Assembly: GCF_018398935.1 (NCBI RefSeq)
Contig: NZ_CP074694.1
Coordinates: 4,680,001 to 4,712,000 of the forward strand
DNA: 32,000 nt
Origin: Telmatocola sphagniphila
GTDB taxonomy: Bacteria; Planctomycetota; Planctomycetia; Gemmatales; Gemmataceae
Direction of reading: 5' to 3'
This document shows positions 24,071 to 32,000 of this stretch, piece after piece; position 1 is the stretch's first letter, and each line of letters opens with the position of its first letter. The translations under genes and the position numbers were made by a program. A model generated the notes under the pieces. That model was not told where the DNA came from, searched no databases, and worked only from the letters and a program-made list of their open reading frames with translations.

Positions 24071-24517
24071 TCAGCTCAAGAAGAGAAAATAGCCGATTAT
24101 GACCAGCGTGACCAGTAAACCGGCCAAAAGACCGATCAATCCGAAGAAAAAATAGCCTGCCACCATCATCGGGGCGGAGACCCCCAGAAGCAGATATTCT
24201 TCGGTTCCGAACTCGAAGCGCTCCCAGCGGGTGAGGCTTTGCTGCCGATCGACCTGTTCCTCGTTGCGTTCTTCGTGAATTTCTTCACGGGTGGGCAGTT
24301 CCAGGCCAAATCCGCTCAAGCCGGGCAAATTTCCTACCGAATTCCGGGCCCTAACCAAAAATTCAAAATTGTCGCTGCCTGTGACGATCACCCAACTCCC
24401 CGCCTCCAGGAATCCTTCGACGCTCCGGGCGGGAAAACGACGTCCCGAGACGCAAATAACCCCTCCCGGCCGCAAGGGACCGATCGTCTGTCCGAGTTCG
24501 CCAATGGTGATCGGCAT
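24071..24517 (-). CDS. NfeD-like OB-fold protein with C-terminal transmembrane segments
   Basis: 148 aa with an ATG start. The N-terminal sequence GELGQTIGPLRPGGVICVSGRRFPARSVEGFLEAGSWVIVTGSDNFEFLV matches the NfeD C-terminal OB-domain pattern. The hydrophobic C-terminus reads LLLGVSAPMMVAGYFFFGLIGLLAGLLVTLVIIGYFLF. Confidence 0.6.
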   Translation of the reverse strand: MPITIGELGQTIGPLRPGGVICVSGRRFPARSVEGFLEAGSWVIVTGSDNFEFLVRARNSVGNLPGLSGFGLELPTREEIHEERNEEQVDRQQSLTRWERFEFGTEEYLLLGVSAPMMVAGYFFFGLIGLLAGLLVTLVIIGYFLFLS

Positions 24518-24608
24518 GCTCGCTTATTCGCATCCGGAGCAAAAAAATTTGGCCTTATACCGGGAAGGGAGGTGCAAATACCCTTCTTCACATAAATATA
24601 ATACTTCT

Positions 24609-26033
24609 ATGAATTCAAAATTATCGACAAAACGAGCAGCGGGGGTGCTCACTTTCTGGGGGGCAGCCCAGATGGTCACCGGCTCCATGCATTTGCTGGA
24701 GGCCGGGAATACGCGCGTTCTCCTGGATTGCGGGCTTTATCAAGGAAAGCGGGACGAAGCCCATCGCCGCAATAAAACCTTTCCCTTCCCGCCGGAGGAA
24801 ATCGACGCCGTGCTGGTTTCCCACGCGCACATCGACCACTGTGGGAATCTACCCAGCCTGATTCACCAAGGTTTCGATGGTCCGATTTATCTATCGGCCG
24901 CCACCCGCGATCTGCTGCGAGTGATGCTGTACGATTCGGCCAAGATTCAGGAGGAGGACGCCGCGCACCTGAACATTCAACGGAATTACCAGGAACCCTT
25001 CGTTCAGCCGCTGTACACCGCCAAGGATGTGGATCTGGTGCTCCGGCAGTGCGTGACCGTGAAATTCAACGAAACGCGCGATCTGGCCAAGAATGTCCGC
25101 TTTCAGCTCATCGAAGCCGGCCACGTACTCGGCTCGGCGATGGTGCACCTGACGCTGGCGGGCGAAAACGGCGAGCGTTCGATCACTTTTACCGGCGACC
25201 TGGGCCGTCGAAATCTACCGTTACTGCGAACCAGCGGTGCCATCCCCCCCGCTGATGTGCTGGTCTGCGAATCGACCTACGGCAACCGCGTGCACGAACC
25301 GATCGAAAATACCGTTTCGAAGCTATACTCTTCGATCAATCGGGCAATCGAGCGCGGCGGCAAAGTCCTGATTCCGGCCTTCAGCCTCGGCCGGACGCAG
25401 TTGATCATTCACTACCTGCACGAAGGCGTCCGACAGAAGAAAATCCCAAGGATTCCGGTATTTGTGGATAGCCCGCTCGCGGCCGATATCACGGAAGTCT
25501 ACGAACGGCACCCGGAATGCCTGACCGATCAGGCCCAGCAGTCGCTCTTGGATGGCACCGGGATTCTCGGCGGCGATATCGTCGAGTACATTCGCGAGTT
25601 CGAAGATAGCATTCAGGTTTCACTTCGACCCGACCCGTGCGTGGTGATTGCCTCCAGCGGCATGTGCGATGCCGGCCGGATCATTCACCATCTGAAACGG
25701 CACGTCGACGATCCCCGCTGCATGGTGATTCTGGTCAGCTATCAGGCCCAGGGGACGACCGGACGGCGACTCTTGGAAAAGAGCCCCACCGTACGGATTC
25801 AGGGCCGGGACTGGAATAAATGGCTGGAAGTCGTGCACCTCGATGGCTTCAGCGGCCATGCCGATCAAATCGATTTTCAGCAGTATTTGTCTCCACTGGC
25901 GGGCAAAGTTCCGCACGCCCGGTTGATCCACGGCGAGCAGGAACAGGCCGAGGCTCTGGCCCGAATGATGCGAGGTATGGGATTTCCCGATGTCAGCGTG
26001 CCCACTCCCGGGGAAAAAATCGTACTGGAATAA
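24609..26033 (+). CDS. MBL-fold beta-CASP family hydrolase (RNA-metabolising type)
   Basis: The ATG at 24609 gives MNSK...LTFWGAAQMVTGSMHLLE, the typical family N-terminus. The HxHxDH motif is VSHAHIDHCGNLP. The C-terminal motif is GFSGHAD. The 106 codons upstream in the ORF track overlap the NfeD-like gene on the opposite strand. Confidence 0.85.
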   Translation: MNSKLSTKRAAGVLTFWGAAQMVTGSMHLLEAGNTRVLLDCGLYQGKRDEAHRRNKTFPFPPEEIDAVLVSHAHIDHCGNLPSLIHQGFDGPIYLSAATRDLLRVMLYDSAKIQEEDAAHLNIQRNYQEPFVQPLYTAKDVDLVLRQCVTVKFNETRDLAKNVRFQLIEAGHVLGSAMVHLTLAGENGERSITFTGDLGRRNLPLLRTSGAIPPADVLVCESTYGNRVHEPIENTVSKLYSSINRAIERGGKVLIPAFSLGRTQLIIHYLHEGVRQKKIPRIPVFVDSPLAADITEVYERHPECLTDQAQQSLLDGTGILGGDIVEYIREFEDSIQVSLRPDPCVVIASSGMCDAGRIIHHLKRHVDDPRCMVILVSYQAQGTTGRRLLEKSPTVRIQGRDWNKWLEVVHLDGFSGHADQIDFQQYLSPLAGKVPHARLIHGEQEQAEALARMMRGMGFPDVSVPTPGEKIVLE

Positions 26034-26182
26034 TAACTTTATTATCTTTCGCCCGCTCAAATTCCCCATCGGTTGAATCGAACAAGTGAAAATAGAGAGT
26101 ATCGGAAGCGAGATCGCCCTCTGGCTCTCCGATTCGAACTCCTGGCGTCTTCTTGTCCCTTACTGACTTTGAGGAAGTAAAC

Positions 26183-26950
26183 ATGTTGCGAGCGTTCCTG
26201 TTGGCCGGTATTTCCTGCGCATTCCTGGCCTCGGCTGCTCCGGTGCGAGCGGCGGATGCGGACATCAAAGCGATCATCAACGATGCGATCAAGGCTCAAG
26301 GGGGCGAAGAGCTCCTCGAAAAGCTGAAAGCCGGGCATTCGAAAAATAAAGGAAAGCTAACCCTGCCCATGGTTGGCGAAGTCGACTTCAAACAAGATAT
26401 GCAGTACATGCTGCCCAATAAACTTCTGGATAGTCTGACGCTCAACGTCATGGGTCAGGAAGTGGGAATTGTTACGACCGTTAATGGCGACAAGATTTCC
26501 CTGGAAGTGAACGGCAACGTTGTGCCCGTTACCGAGGAAGTCAAAGCCGCCTTGAAAGATGCTCAGCATCTTGTCAAAGTCGCCCGCCTGACGTCGCTGC
26601 TCAAAGATAAAACCCTGGAACTCTCGAGCGTCGGCGAAATCAAGGTGAATGACAAGCCGGCGATCGCTATTCGCGTGGCCTCCAAGGGCCACAAGGACGT
26701 GACGCTCGCTTTCGATAAACAATCTCACCTGATGGTCAAAATCGAACATCGCACCCTGGAGAGCGGTAGCGGAATGGAAGTCAACGAAGAGCGCGTGATT
26801 ACCGAATTCACCAAAAACAAGGCCGGGTTGCAGGTACCAAAAAAGATCTCGATCTATCACGATGGAAAGAAATTCGGTGAGATTGAAAGCGAAGAGTCGG
26901 AATTGCTCGAAAGCATCGACGATGGCGTTTTCAAAGTGAAGGGCGATTAA
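26183..26950 (+). CDS. Secreted protein, function unknown (LolA-like beta-fold suspected)
   Basis: The ATG at 26183 is preceded by GAGGAAG. The signal peptide is MLRAFLLAGISCAFLASAAPVRA-AD. The body is beta-rich. The fold assignment is a guess. Confidence 0.7.
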   Translation: MLRAFLLAGISCAFLASAAPVRAADADIKAIINDAIKAQGGEELLEKLKAGHSKNKGKLTLPMVGEVDFKQDMQYMLPNKLLDSLTLNVMGQEVGIVTTVNGDKISLEVNGNVVPVTEEVKAALKDAQHLVKVARLTSLLKDKTLELSSVGEIKVNDKPAIAIRVASKGHKDVTLAFDKQSHLMVKIEHRTLESGSGMEVNEERVITEFTKNKAGLQVPKKISIYHDGKKFGEIESEESELLESIDDGVFKVKGD

Positions 26951-27084
26951 ATCGCTCCTCGCCCTCCGAATAAACGCTGCTCAACCCCGCTGGATGAATC
27001 CTGTTTTTCGATCATCCGGCGATCACTTGTTTCAATTCAAATTCTATATCAGTAAGTTCCTCGAATATATACAATTTCACTTGC

Positions 27085-27104
27085 GTATAAAGATTACTTT
27101 ATAC
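27085..27104. promoter_or_regulatory. Perfect palindrome in an AT-rich upstream region, a candidate operator
   Basis: GTATAAAG-ATTA-CTTTATAC lies about 250 nt upstream of the DUF1559 gene start, inside a markedly AT-rich stretch (about 27030-27190). Confidence 0.25.
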
Positions 27105-27352
27105 AAATCTTGTTAGATTCAACTTCTTGTAACATTCATTAACTACTCACTTGAAGTTCTCATTCGTTTATAGGATTATTTGCTCACGCATTGGTTTGTC
27201 GTCATTTCAACTTATCCACCGACCCAGGTGGTCGGGTACCGACGGGATGCGTGCTAGGACAGTTGTGGTGTCGTAGCCCGTGGGTGATTTTTGTTTGGGA
27301 TAATTTCCCGGAAAGGGGTATTGCCGTGCGTCGAATTTCCCTGAGGAACAGC

Positions 27353-28384
27353 ATGAGGACGACCAGACGTTCTGGTTTCACGCTGATCGAGTTACTCGTC
27401 GTCATCGCAATCATTGCGATCCTGATCGGTCTGTTGCTTCCCGCCGTGCAAAAGGTGCGCGAAGCCGCTGCCCGCATGAAGTGCAGCAACAACTTGAAGC
27501 AAATTGGCTTGGCCGTTCACAACTTCGAAAGCACCTACGGCAAGATTCCCCCCATCGGTTCCTGGGGAGCCACCTACCGTAACAACGATTTTCCGCCGGC
27601 CCAAAGCGGTGGTAGCTTAACTTCCGCGGACGGTGCGACCGGTTCGTTGTTCATTCACTTGCTGCCCTACATCGAGCAAGGCAACCTTTACAGCCAGTTT
27701 CAGGCTCTGGGTAACCTCAGCACCAACGACGCCAGCTCGGCTTACTTCAATGCCTACGATGCCTTGATCAGCACCCCGGTCAAGCTCTTTCTCTGTCCTT
27801 CCGATTCCTCGAATCCGCTTGAACAACAAACTCACAGCGCCGGCAGTTACGCAACCAGTAACTACGCGGGAAACGTGATGGTGTTCAATCCCAGCGGCCA
27901 GGGCAGCATTCTGACCTCCATGCCCAACGGTACCTCGAATACGGTTATCACCGGCGAACGAATCGGAAACTGCGACGTTTCGATCGCTCTGGGCTATAGC
28001 AGCTCGGGCCAGGCGATCATTGGCCCAGCTTACGGCTGGATCTACCCCGACCACGGCGACGGCGCCCAGTGGTCGGCTTTCGGCTGGTATACTTCCGGCT
28101 GGTATTCGAATCCTTCGGGCAACGGCACCTGTCTTCGAACCGACTACTACGACTGGAGTGCTAACTACTCTCCGCCGAACCCCACTGCCAACCCGAACTA
28201 TGTGTTCGATGTTAATGCCACCATTACGAAGTGCTCCATCTTCGTTCTGAATAGCCCGCACCCGGTTATGCAAGTGGGTCTGGGTGATGGTAGCGTTCGC
28301 AGCGTGTCTGGCAGCATCAGCAAAGCCTCCTGGCTGGCCGTCTGCGTTCCCAACTCCGGCCAGATTCCCGGCTCGGATTGGTAA
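27353..28384 (+). CDS. DUF1559-family protein with a prepilin-type N-terminal cleavage/methylation signal
   Basis: The ATG at 27353 is preceded by GAGGA. The class III signal is RRSG-FTLIELLVVIAIIAILIGLLLPAVQKVREAAARMKCSNNLKQIGLAVHNFES. The C-terminal motif GDGSVR is present. Confidence 0.9.
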   Translation: MRTTRRSGFTLIELLVVIAIIAILIGLLLPAVQKVREAAARMKCSNNLKQIGLAVHNFESTYGKIPPIGSWGATYRNNDFPPAQSGGSLTSADGATGSLFIHLLPYIEQGNLYSQFQALGNLSTNDASSAYFNAYDALISTPVKLFLCPSDSSNPLEQQTHSAGSYATSNYAGNVMVFNPSGQGSILTSMPNGTSNTVITGERIGNCDVSIALGYSSSGQAIIGPAYGWIYPDHGDGAQWSAFGWYTSGWYSNPSGNGTCLRTDYYDWSANYSPPNPTANPNYVFDVNATITKCSIFVLNSPHPVMQVGLGDGSVRSVSGSISKASWLAVCVPNSGQIPGSDW

Positions 28385-28417
28385 GGCGGAACTCGCGGTC
28401 TGGATTCTAATCGAAGT

Positions 28418-28438
28418 CCCATCCTTTTTAAGGATGGG
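28418..28438 (+). terminator. Intercistronic hairpin, a possible attenuator or terminator
   Basis: CCCATCCTT-TTT-AAGGATGGG is a 9-bp perfect stem, followed by CTTCGTCATTGTT (a weak U-tract). It lies between the DUF1559 gene and the downstream lipoprotein gene. Confidence 0.4.
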
Positions 28439-28476
28439 CTTCGTCATTGTTACTCCTGGTTGGAAAGAACATCGTC

Positions 28477-28959
28477 ATGCGCATCTTCTTTAATCTCCGT
28501 TCTATTAACGCTTTCCTTCTGCTTTCAATGAGTCTGTTCGCAAGCTCCGGTTGCGGAGGAGGCGAAAAGGTCGTTGCGGTTTCCGGCACCGTGACCCATA
28601 ATGGTCAGCCCGTTCCCGGTTTGGTGATTTCCTTCGTTCCGGAAGGGAAGTCCGAACTCGGTGTCAGCAGCGGCCAGACCGATGAGCAGGGAAAATACTC
28701 GCTGAAAGTGGTCAGCACGGGTCGTAGTGGCGCCGTGGTCGGCAAACATAAAGTGTGGGTTTCCATGCCACGCGAACAACCCAAATTCGACGATAAGGAA
28801 GAGCGAAACAAGAATAAGAAGAAGGGCTCGAATGCTCCCAAGCCGCCAGTGCCGCCGCCGGATCTGGCTCCGATCATCAAGCTCTATGGCAGTCTGGAAA
28901 AGTCCAAACTCACCGTGGATGTCTCTGACGGTTCGGCCATCGACCTGAAGCTCGACTAA
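28477..28959 (+). CDS. Small lipoprotein with a carboxypeptidase-regulatory-like domain, the usual DUF1559 partner
   Basis: The ATG at 28477 gives MRIFFNLRSINAFLLLSMSLFASSGC, with a lipobox-like SGC. The segment VSGTVTHNGQPVPGLVISFVPEG...QTDEQGKYSLKV fits the domain. The tail is Lys- and Pro-rich. Confidence 0.8.
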   Translation: MRIFFNLRSINAFLLLSMSLFASSGCGGGEKVVAVSGTVTHNGQPVPGLVISFVPEGKSELGVSSGQTDEQGKYSLKVVSTGRSGAVVGKHKVWVSMPREQPKFDDKEERNKNKKKGSNAPKPPVPPPDLAPIIKLYGSLEKSKLTVDVSDGSAIDLKLD

Positions 28960-28992
28960 GTTGGGGCAAATTCTCAGTTCACCATCGCCCTG

Positions 28993-31029
28993 CTACTTCT
29001 TCGAATCCACTACTGGAATGCTCTGCATCAGAGCCATCGTTGCCCAGCAGGTGGCCGATGCGGAGATGAACTGATCCCGGCCGTGGGGGAATCCGCTCGT
29101 CGAATACTCCACGAACGGGAAGCTCCGACTCGCGACGAACCAGGAACCATCCGCTTTCTGAGTTCGCACCAGGAACTCCAATCCCCGCTTATAACTGGCC
29201 TGATCGACGCCCAAGCCACCGGCTTCGTGCAATGCATACAAGGCTAGTCCGGTGGCATAGGCATCGCTGTCCAACGTGGGAAGCTGAGACCAACCGCCCT
29301 CTTCGCGCTGCTCCTTAAGCAGACTTTGCACAGCTTTTTGAATCACTTCCGGTGCCGCCTGGCTCCAGCCCAACCCCAATAGTTGAAATCCTTTATCGAC
29401 CACATCCCCGGTCGGCGTTCGCTCCAGCCATTCGCGGGCGCGCTCGATGTGTGCAGCAATTTCCTGCTTGCGCCCCTTGGAAGCGTAAGCCTGCAAACCG
29501 CGAATCGCCAGCGCGGTGAATTGAAAATCGCTCGCCTCATCGGGTGGCCGGTAATTTTCCTGCTGCCAACGGCCTTCTATCCGCTGGCGTAAAACCAGGT
29601 AATGAACTAGAGCGTCGGTCACTCGACGGGGGGGTTCACCTTCCGCCGACAAACCGATCAGCACATGGGCCGATAGGGTGGGGTCGATCCCGGTTCCCAA
29701 GAGTAGCGAGCGATGGCGGACTCGCATGTCCTTGATCATGTAAGCACGTTCGTCACCGGCGATTTTTTCATTCACCGGAAGTCCCCGCTTGCGAGCCATT
29801 CCGACGACCATCGACACCAGACCATGCTGGTGACAACTCACGCAGCTTCGGGTCTCCGTGATTTTCTGTTCGCTTTGCTGCAAGGGCGGTAAGGCCCGGG
29901 TTATCGCTTTCCGAATTGCCGTCTCGTCCACCGGGATGTTGATCGCAGGTACCGGACTCGGCTTTGCAGGGCCGTCCCCTTTTTTGGCACCACTGACTTG
30001 TCGCAGCATCCGAACGATTTCCGTATCGCCGGAGCGCTCGGCCCAATCCAAAGCGGTCCGACCGGTCCAATCGGTGGCCGCGATATCCGCTTTAGTCAGC
30101 AGGATTTTCATTGTTTCCTGGCTCGGTGTGGTTGCCGCCCCCAGCAGAGCGCAATGATTGAAGGGGCCTCCCTGCACATTGACATCGGCACCGGCCGCCA
30201 GGAGCAGTTTCAAACATTCCGCGTGTCCCATACTCGCCGCGACGCCCACCGGAGTCTGAAGAATCCCCCGTTCCAACTTGGCCACGACATTGACTTCGGC
30301 GCCTTTCTCGAGAAGGGTCGCCACCACGCGAGGATTTCCCGAAAGAGCCCCCGCGATGAGAGCAGTAAATCCGGTTGGTGTCTGCACTTTCACGTTCGCG
30401 CCGATACTCAGGAGATAATTGACAGCATCGAAATCACCCGTTCCCGCAGCGGCCATCAACGGAGTGTAGGCGGCCGCGCTCGGATTGGCTTTGCCGCCAT
30501 GCGCCACCAGTAATTTCAAAGCCTCCTGGCAGCCGGGAACGCTGGCGGCAGCGAGCATCGCAAAATCGTCGACGGTGGCACCACGATCCAGGAGGAGCCG
30601 CATTTTCTCAATATCGTGGTGCGTGCGTAGCAAAGGAGGAGTGTTATCGGAGGATCGGGCCAGGCCATCCGCGCCCGCTTCGAGGAGAATCCGCATCATT
30701 TCAGCATCGGCGTGCAGCGCGGCCCGCATCACAACCGTATCCCCCGATTCATCGCGATTGCTGAGTTTCGCCCCGAGCTGGAGCAACTCCCGGACTTGCG
30801 CTTTATCTCCATCCCGAATCGCGGTGAACAGCTTCTTGTCGAGCACAGCAGGATCGAGTTGTTTTTCGGTGGAAGAATCCGCTGCGGGATTATCCAGCGT
30901 GCGGATCAGGATCTGCCAAATGCCAAACAGCACAAGCAGGCCCAGGAGTGCCAGTCCGAGCTGAGTAATTAAAGATCGCTTCGTTCGCTGCATCATCGCG
31001 CCTCCCGCGGGGGACGGGCAAATTTCCAT
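28993..31029 (-). CDS. Membrane-anchored ankyrin-repeat protein with a CXXCH motif and a prenyltransferase/terpene-cyclase-like alpha/alpha-toroid C-terminal half
   Basis: 678 aa. An alternative start at 30996 (MMQRTKRS) is preceded by GGGAGG. There is an N-terminal transmembrane segment and about 8 ankyrin repeats (TPLMAAAGTGDFDAVNYLLSIGANVN-type). The CVSCH motif is encoded at 29830-29844. QW-type repeats are RQRIEGRW, KEQREEGGW and RTQKADGSW. Confidence 0.8.
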   Translation of the reverse strand: MEICPSPAGGAMMQRTKRSLITQLGLALLGLLVLFGIWQILIRTLDNPAADSSTEKQLDPAVLDKKLFTAIRDGDKAQVRELLQLGAKLSNRDESGDTVVMRAALHADAEMMRILLEAGADGLARSSDNTPPLLRTHHDIEKMRLLLDRGATVDDFAMLAAASVPGCQEALKLLVAHGGKANPSAAAYTPLMAAAGTGDFDAVNYLLSIGANVKVQTPTGFTALIAGALSGNPRVVATLLEKGAEVNVVAKLERGILQTPVGVAASMGHAECLKLLLAAGADVNVQGGPFNHCALLGAATTPSQETMKILLTKADIAATDWTGRTALDWAERSGDTEIVRMLRQVSGAKKGDGPAKPSPVPAINIPVDETAIRKAITRALPPLQQSEQKITETRSCVSCHQHGLVSMVVGMARKRGLPVNEKIAGDERAYMIKDMRVRHRSLLLGTGIDPTLSAHVLIGLSAEGEPPRRVTDALVHYLVLRQRIEGRWQQENYRPPDEASDFQFTALAIRGLQAYASKGRKQEIAAHIERAREWLERTPTGDVVDKGFQLLGLGWSQAAPEVIQKAVQSLLKEQREEGGWSQLPTLDSDAYATGLALYALHEAGGLGVDQASYKRGLEFLVRTQKADGSWFVASRSFPFVEYSTSGFPHGRDQFISASATCWATMALMQSIPVVDSKK

Positions 31030-31143
31030 AGACCTCGCCGTTAAAAAGGCTTTGTCTCCGGAAACTCTCTGTCAATGAAAAGACGCTATTAGATATACGA
31101 TTCAATCGTGAAGGACTAAAGAAGAGAAGAGTCTGCAGGAGGT

Positions 31144-32000
31144 CTATTTCTGGCGAAGGTTCAAGACCTTTTTGTTCGCTTCGGTCGCGGCCCGGGCAAG
31201 ATCTTCATAGACCGCATCCTCGACATCCACAAAACCGAAATTGCAATTCTCTCCATCGCCCCGGCCCTGCGATGGTTCGTCGAAATACTGAAACCAGTGA
31301 AAGCCTACCAAGAAGGGTAACTTACACAACGCCTCGGCGCAGTGCGAATAGAGCTCGCCCCGTTCCCGATCGTTCGCGACTACAACGCGTTCGTAATCCT
31401 TGTTGGTGTTGCCACTGCGGTTGTGTTTGGCAAGAAAGGCGTATTCGGTCAGCATCACCGGCTTTTTACTCAGTTGATGCAACCGAGTGAGTTCTTCCCG
31501 AATCTCCGCCAGATCTTTGGAATAGATATTAAAGGAAATGACGTCGCAGTATTTCCCGGCCACTTCGATGACCGGTGCCGGATTGCTCGGCGTTAACCGA
31601 CAACCCAGATTCAAGTGGTGCGGCAGGTGCTTGCGCATCACGGCGTCGGTGATCGAGAAATAGCGTTCCGCATATTTCCGCACGAAGCCGTTGGCGATTT
31701 CCTCCGCCGCTGTATAGACCGCGGGCGACACGGGAGCAATTTTTTTCAACTTCAATAAATCGTCCCGGCTTTTGACCTTTACATCCCAGACTTCACCGAG
31801 TTTCTTCCAGTCGTTTTTAAACGCCCCGGCCAGATAGTCAGCCCATGCCTTCTTCCCTTCGCTTTCCGGTGGAAGGTTGACGTAAAATTCGAAAAGCGAT
31901 TCTAAGCCTTTCTTATTTTTCCAACCGAAGCCCCAACCCCAGGAAAGCTCGTTGCTGGTGAAACAACCAATTAGCAGGGGATCCTTATCGAGTACCTCGT
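31144..32000 (-). CDS. Clan GH-A-like TIM-barrel glycoside hydrolase, C-terminal part (5' end outside the window)
   Basis: My hand translation shows the frame stays open from 31755 to the window end, so the TTG at 31755 is an artefact. FTSNELSWGWG (NE acid/base-like) and MLTEYAF (TE nucleophile-like) are spaced as in clan GH-A enzymes. FHWFQYFDEP is also present. The GH family is not assigned. Confidence 0.55.
   Translation of the reverse strand, partial: EVLDKDPLLIGCFTSNELSWGWGFGWKNKKGLESLFEFYVNLPPESEGKKAWADYLAGAFKNDWKKLGEVWDVKVKSRDDLLKLKKIAPVSPAVYTAAEEIANGFVRKYAERYFSITDAVMRKHLPHHLNLGCRLTPSNPAPVIEVAGKYCDVISFNIYSKDLAEIREELTRLHQLSKKPVMLTEYAFLAKHNRSGNTNKDYERVVVANDRERGELYSHCAEALCKLPFLVGFHWFQYFDEPSQGRGDGENCNFGFVDVEDAVYEDLARAATEANKKVLNLRQK

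Noticed and set aside
24291-24608. The 106-codon N-terminal extension of the beta-CASP ORF (track start 24291)
   Set aside because: It overlaps the NfeD-like gene on the opposite strand. Its product is Pro/Arg/Ser-rich nonsense. The family N-terminus (LTFWGAAQMVTGS) begins just after the ATG at 24609.
26035-26052. The AT-only palindrome ATAATAA-CT-TTATTAT overlapping the beta-CASP stop codon, considered as a terminator
   Set aside because: The 2-nt loop is sterically impossible, the stem is entirely A-T, and no U-tract follows. It is probably a compositional accident.
27191-27352. The 54-codon N-terminal extension of the DUF1559 ORF
   Set aside because: Prepilin-type signals sit within about 10-30 residues of the true start. 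The ATG at 27353 has a GAGGA ribosome-binding site and gives MRTTRRSG-FTLIE.
27617-28447. A 276-aa minus-strand ORF opposite the DUF1559 gene
   Set aside because: It is antisense to a gene with a clear prepilin signal and family motifs. Its product is Gly/Ala/Arg/Val-rich with no recognisable motif.
31144-31755. Treating the last gene as a complete 203-aa protein starting at the TTG at 31755
   Set aside because: Hand translation shows the frame stays open from 31756 to the window end. It encodes sensible sequence there, including the NE motif (FTSNELSWGWG), so the gene is truncated by the window.
1-32000. A scan for tRNA, rRNA, tmRNA, RNase P or SRP RNA signatures, riboswitch cores, integrases, transposases, restriction, Cas or toxin-antitoxin genes that would mark a mobile or defence island
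   Set aside because: I recognised none by eye in any intergenic region or ORF. This is a weak negative, because covariance-model and HMM searches (Infernal/Rfam, tRNAscan-SE, DefenseFinder) were not possible.

Overview
This window looks like a chromosomal segment from a Planctomycetota-type genome. That placement is an inference from a DUF1559 prepilin-like protein with its usual lipoprotein partner, two TIGR03067-type small secreted proteins, and many signal-peptide or anchor proteins. I support 28 protein-coding genes. I recognised no rRNA, tRNA, tmRNA, CRISPR array, integrase or transposase.

Gene content, left to right:
- an MCP fragment and a CheA-type hybrid kinase (Hpt-Hpt-kinase-CheW-REC)
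- a TIGR03067 protein
- a 916-aa M14 peptidase
- a small TPR protein, a CoA-binding protein and a Lys-rich secreted protein
- a 920-aa family-5 solute-binding-like protein followed by a second TIGR03067 protein
- an AT-rich patch carrying a small secreted protein
- a secreted protein with a GspG-like C-terminal domain
- a TlpA-like thioredoxin lipoprotein
- lspA overlapping a GT39/PMT-like membrane glycosyltransferase
- a tail-anchored Ser/Thr kinase followed by two tandem paralogous TPR proteins
- birA, an RmlC-like cupin and an NfeD-like protein
- a beta-CASP MBL hydrolase and a secreted protein
- a DUF1559 protein plus lipoprotein pair
- an ankyrin-CXXCH-prenyltransferase-like fusion
- a truncated clan GH-A-like hydrolase

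Most notable observations:
1. A REP-type repeat family (GTAG followed by the hairpin GACCG-AAA-CGGTC) forms a BIME-like nested palindrome cluster at 4094-4577. It also supplies the last codons and the TAG stop of both tandem paralogs.
2. The tandem paralogs show mosaic identity, with a 142-nt perfect tract, which suggests gene conversion. They sit directly behind a kinase that has no sensor domain, so the three genes may form a split receptor-kinase module.
3. Two heptanucleotide arrays with homologous flanks each start exactly 7 nt after a TAG stop codon.
4. lspA is translationally coupled to a GT-C glycosyltransferase.

All functional calls rest on motif recognition by eye. No database or HMM search could be run.
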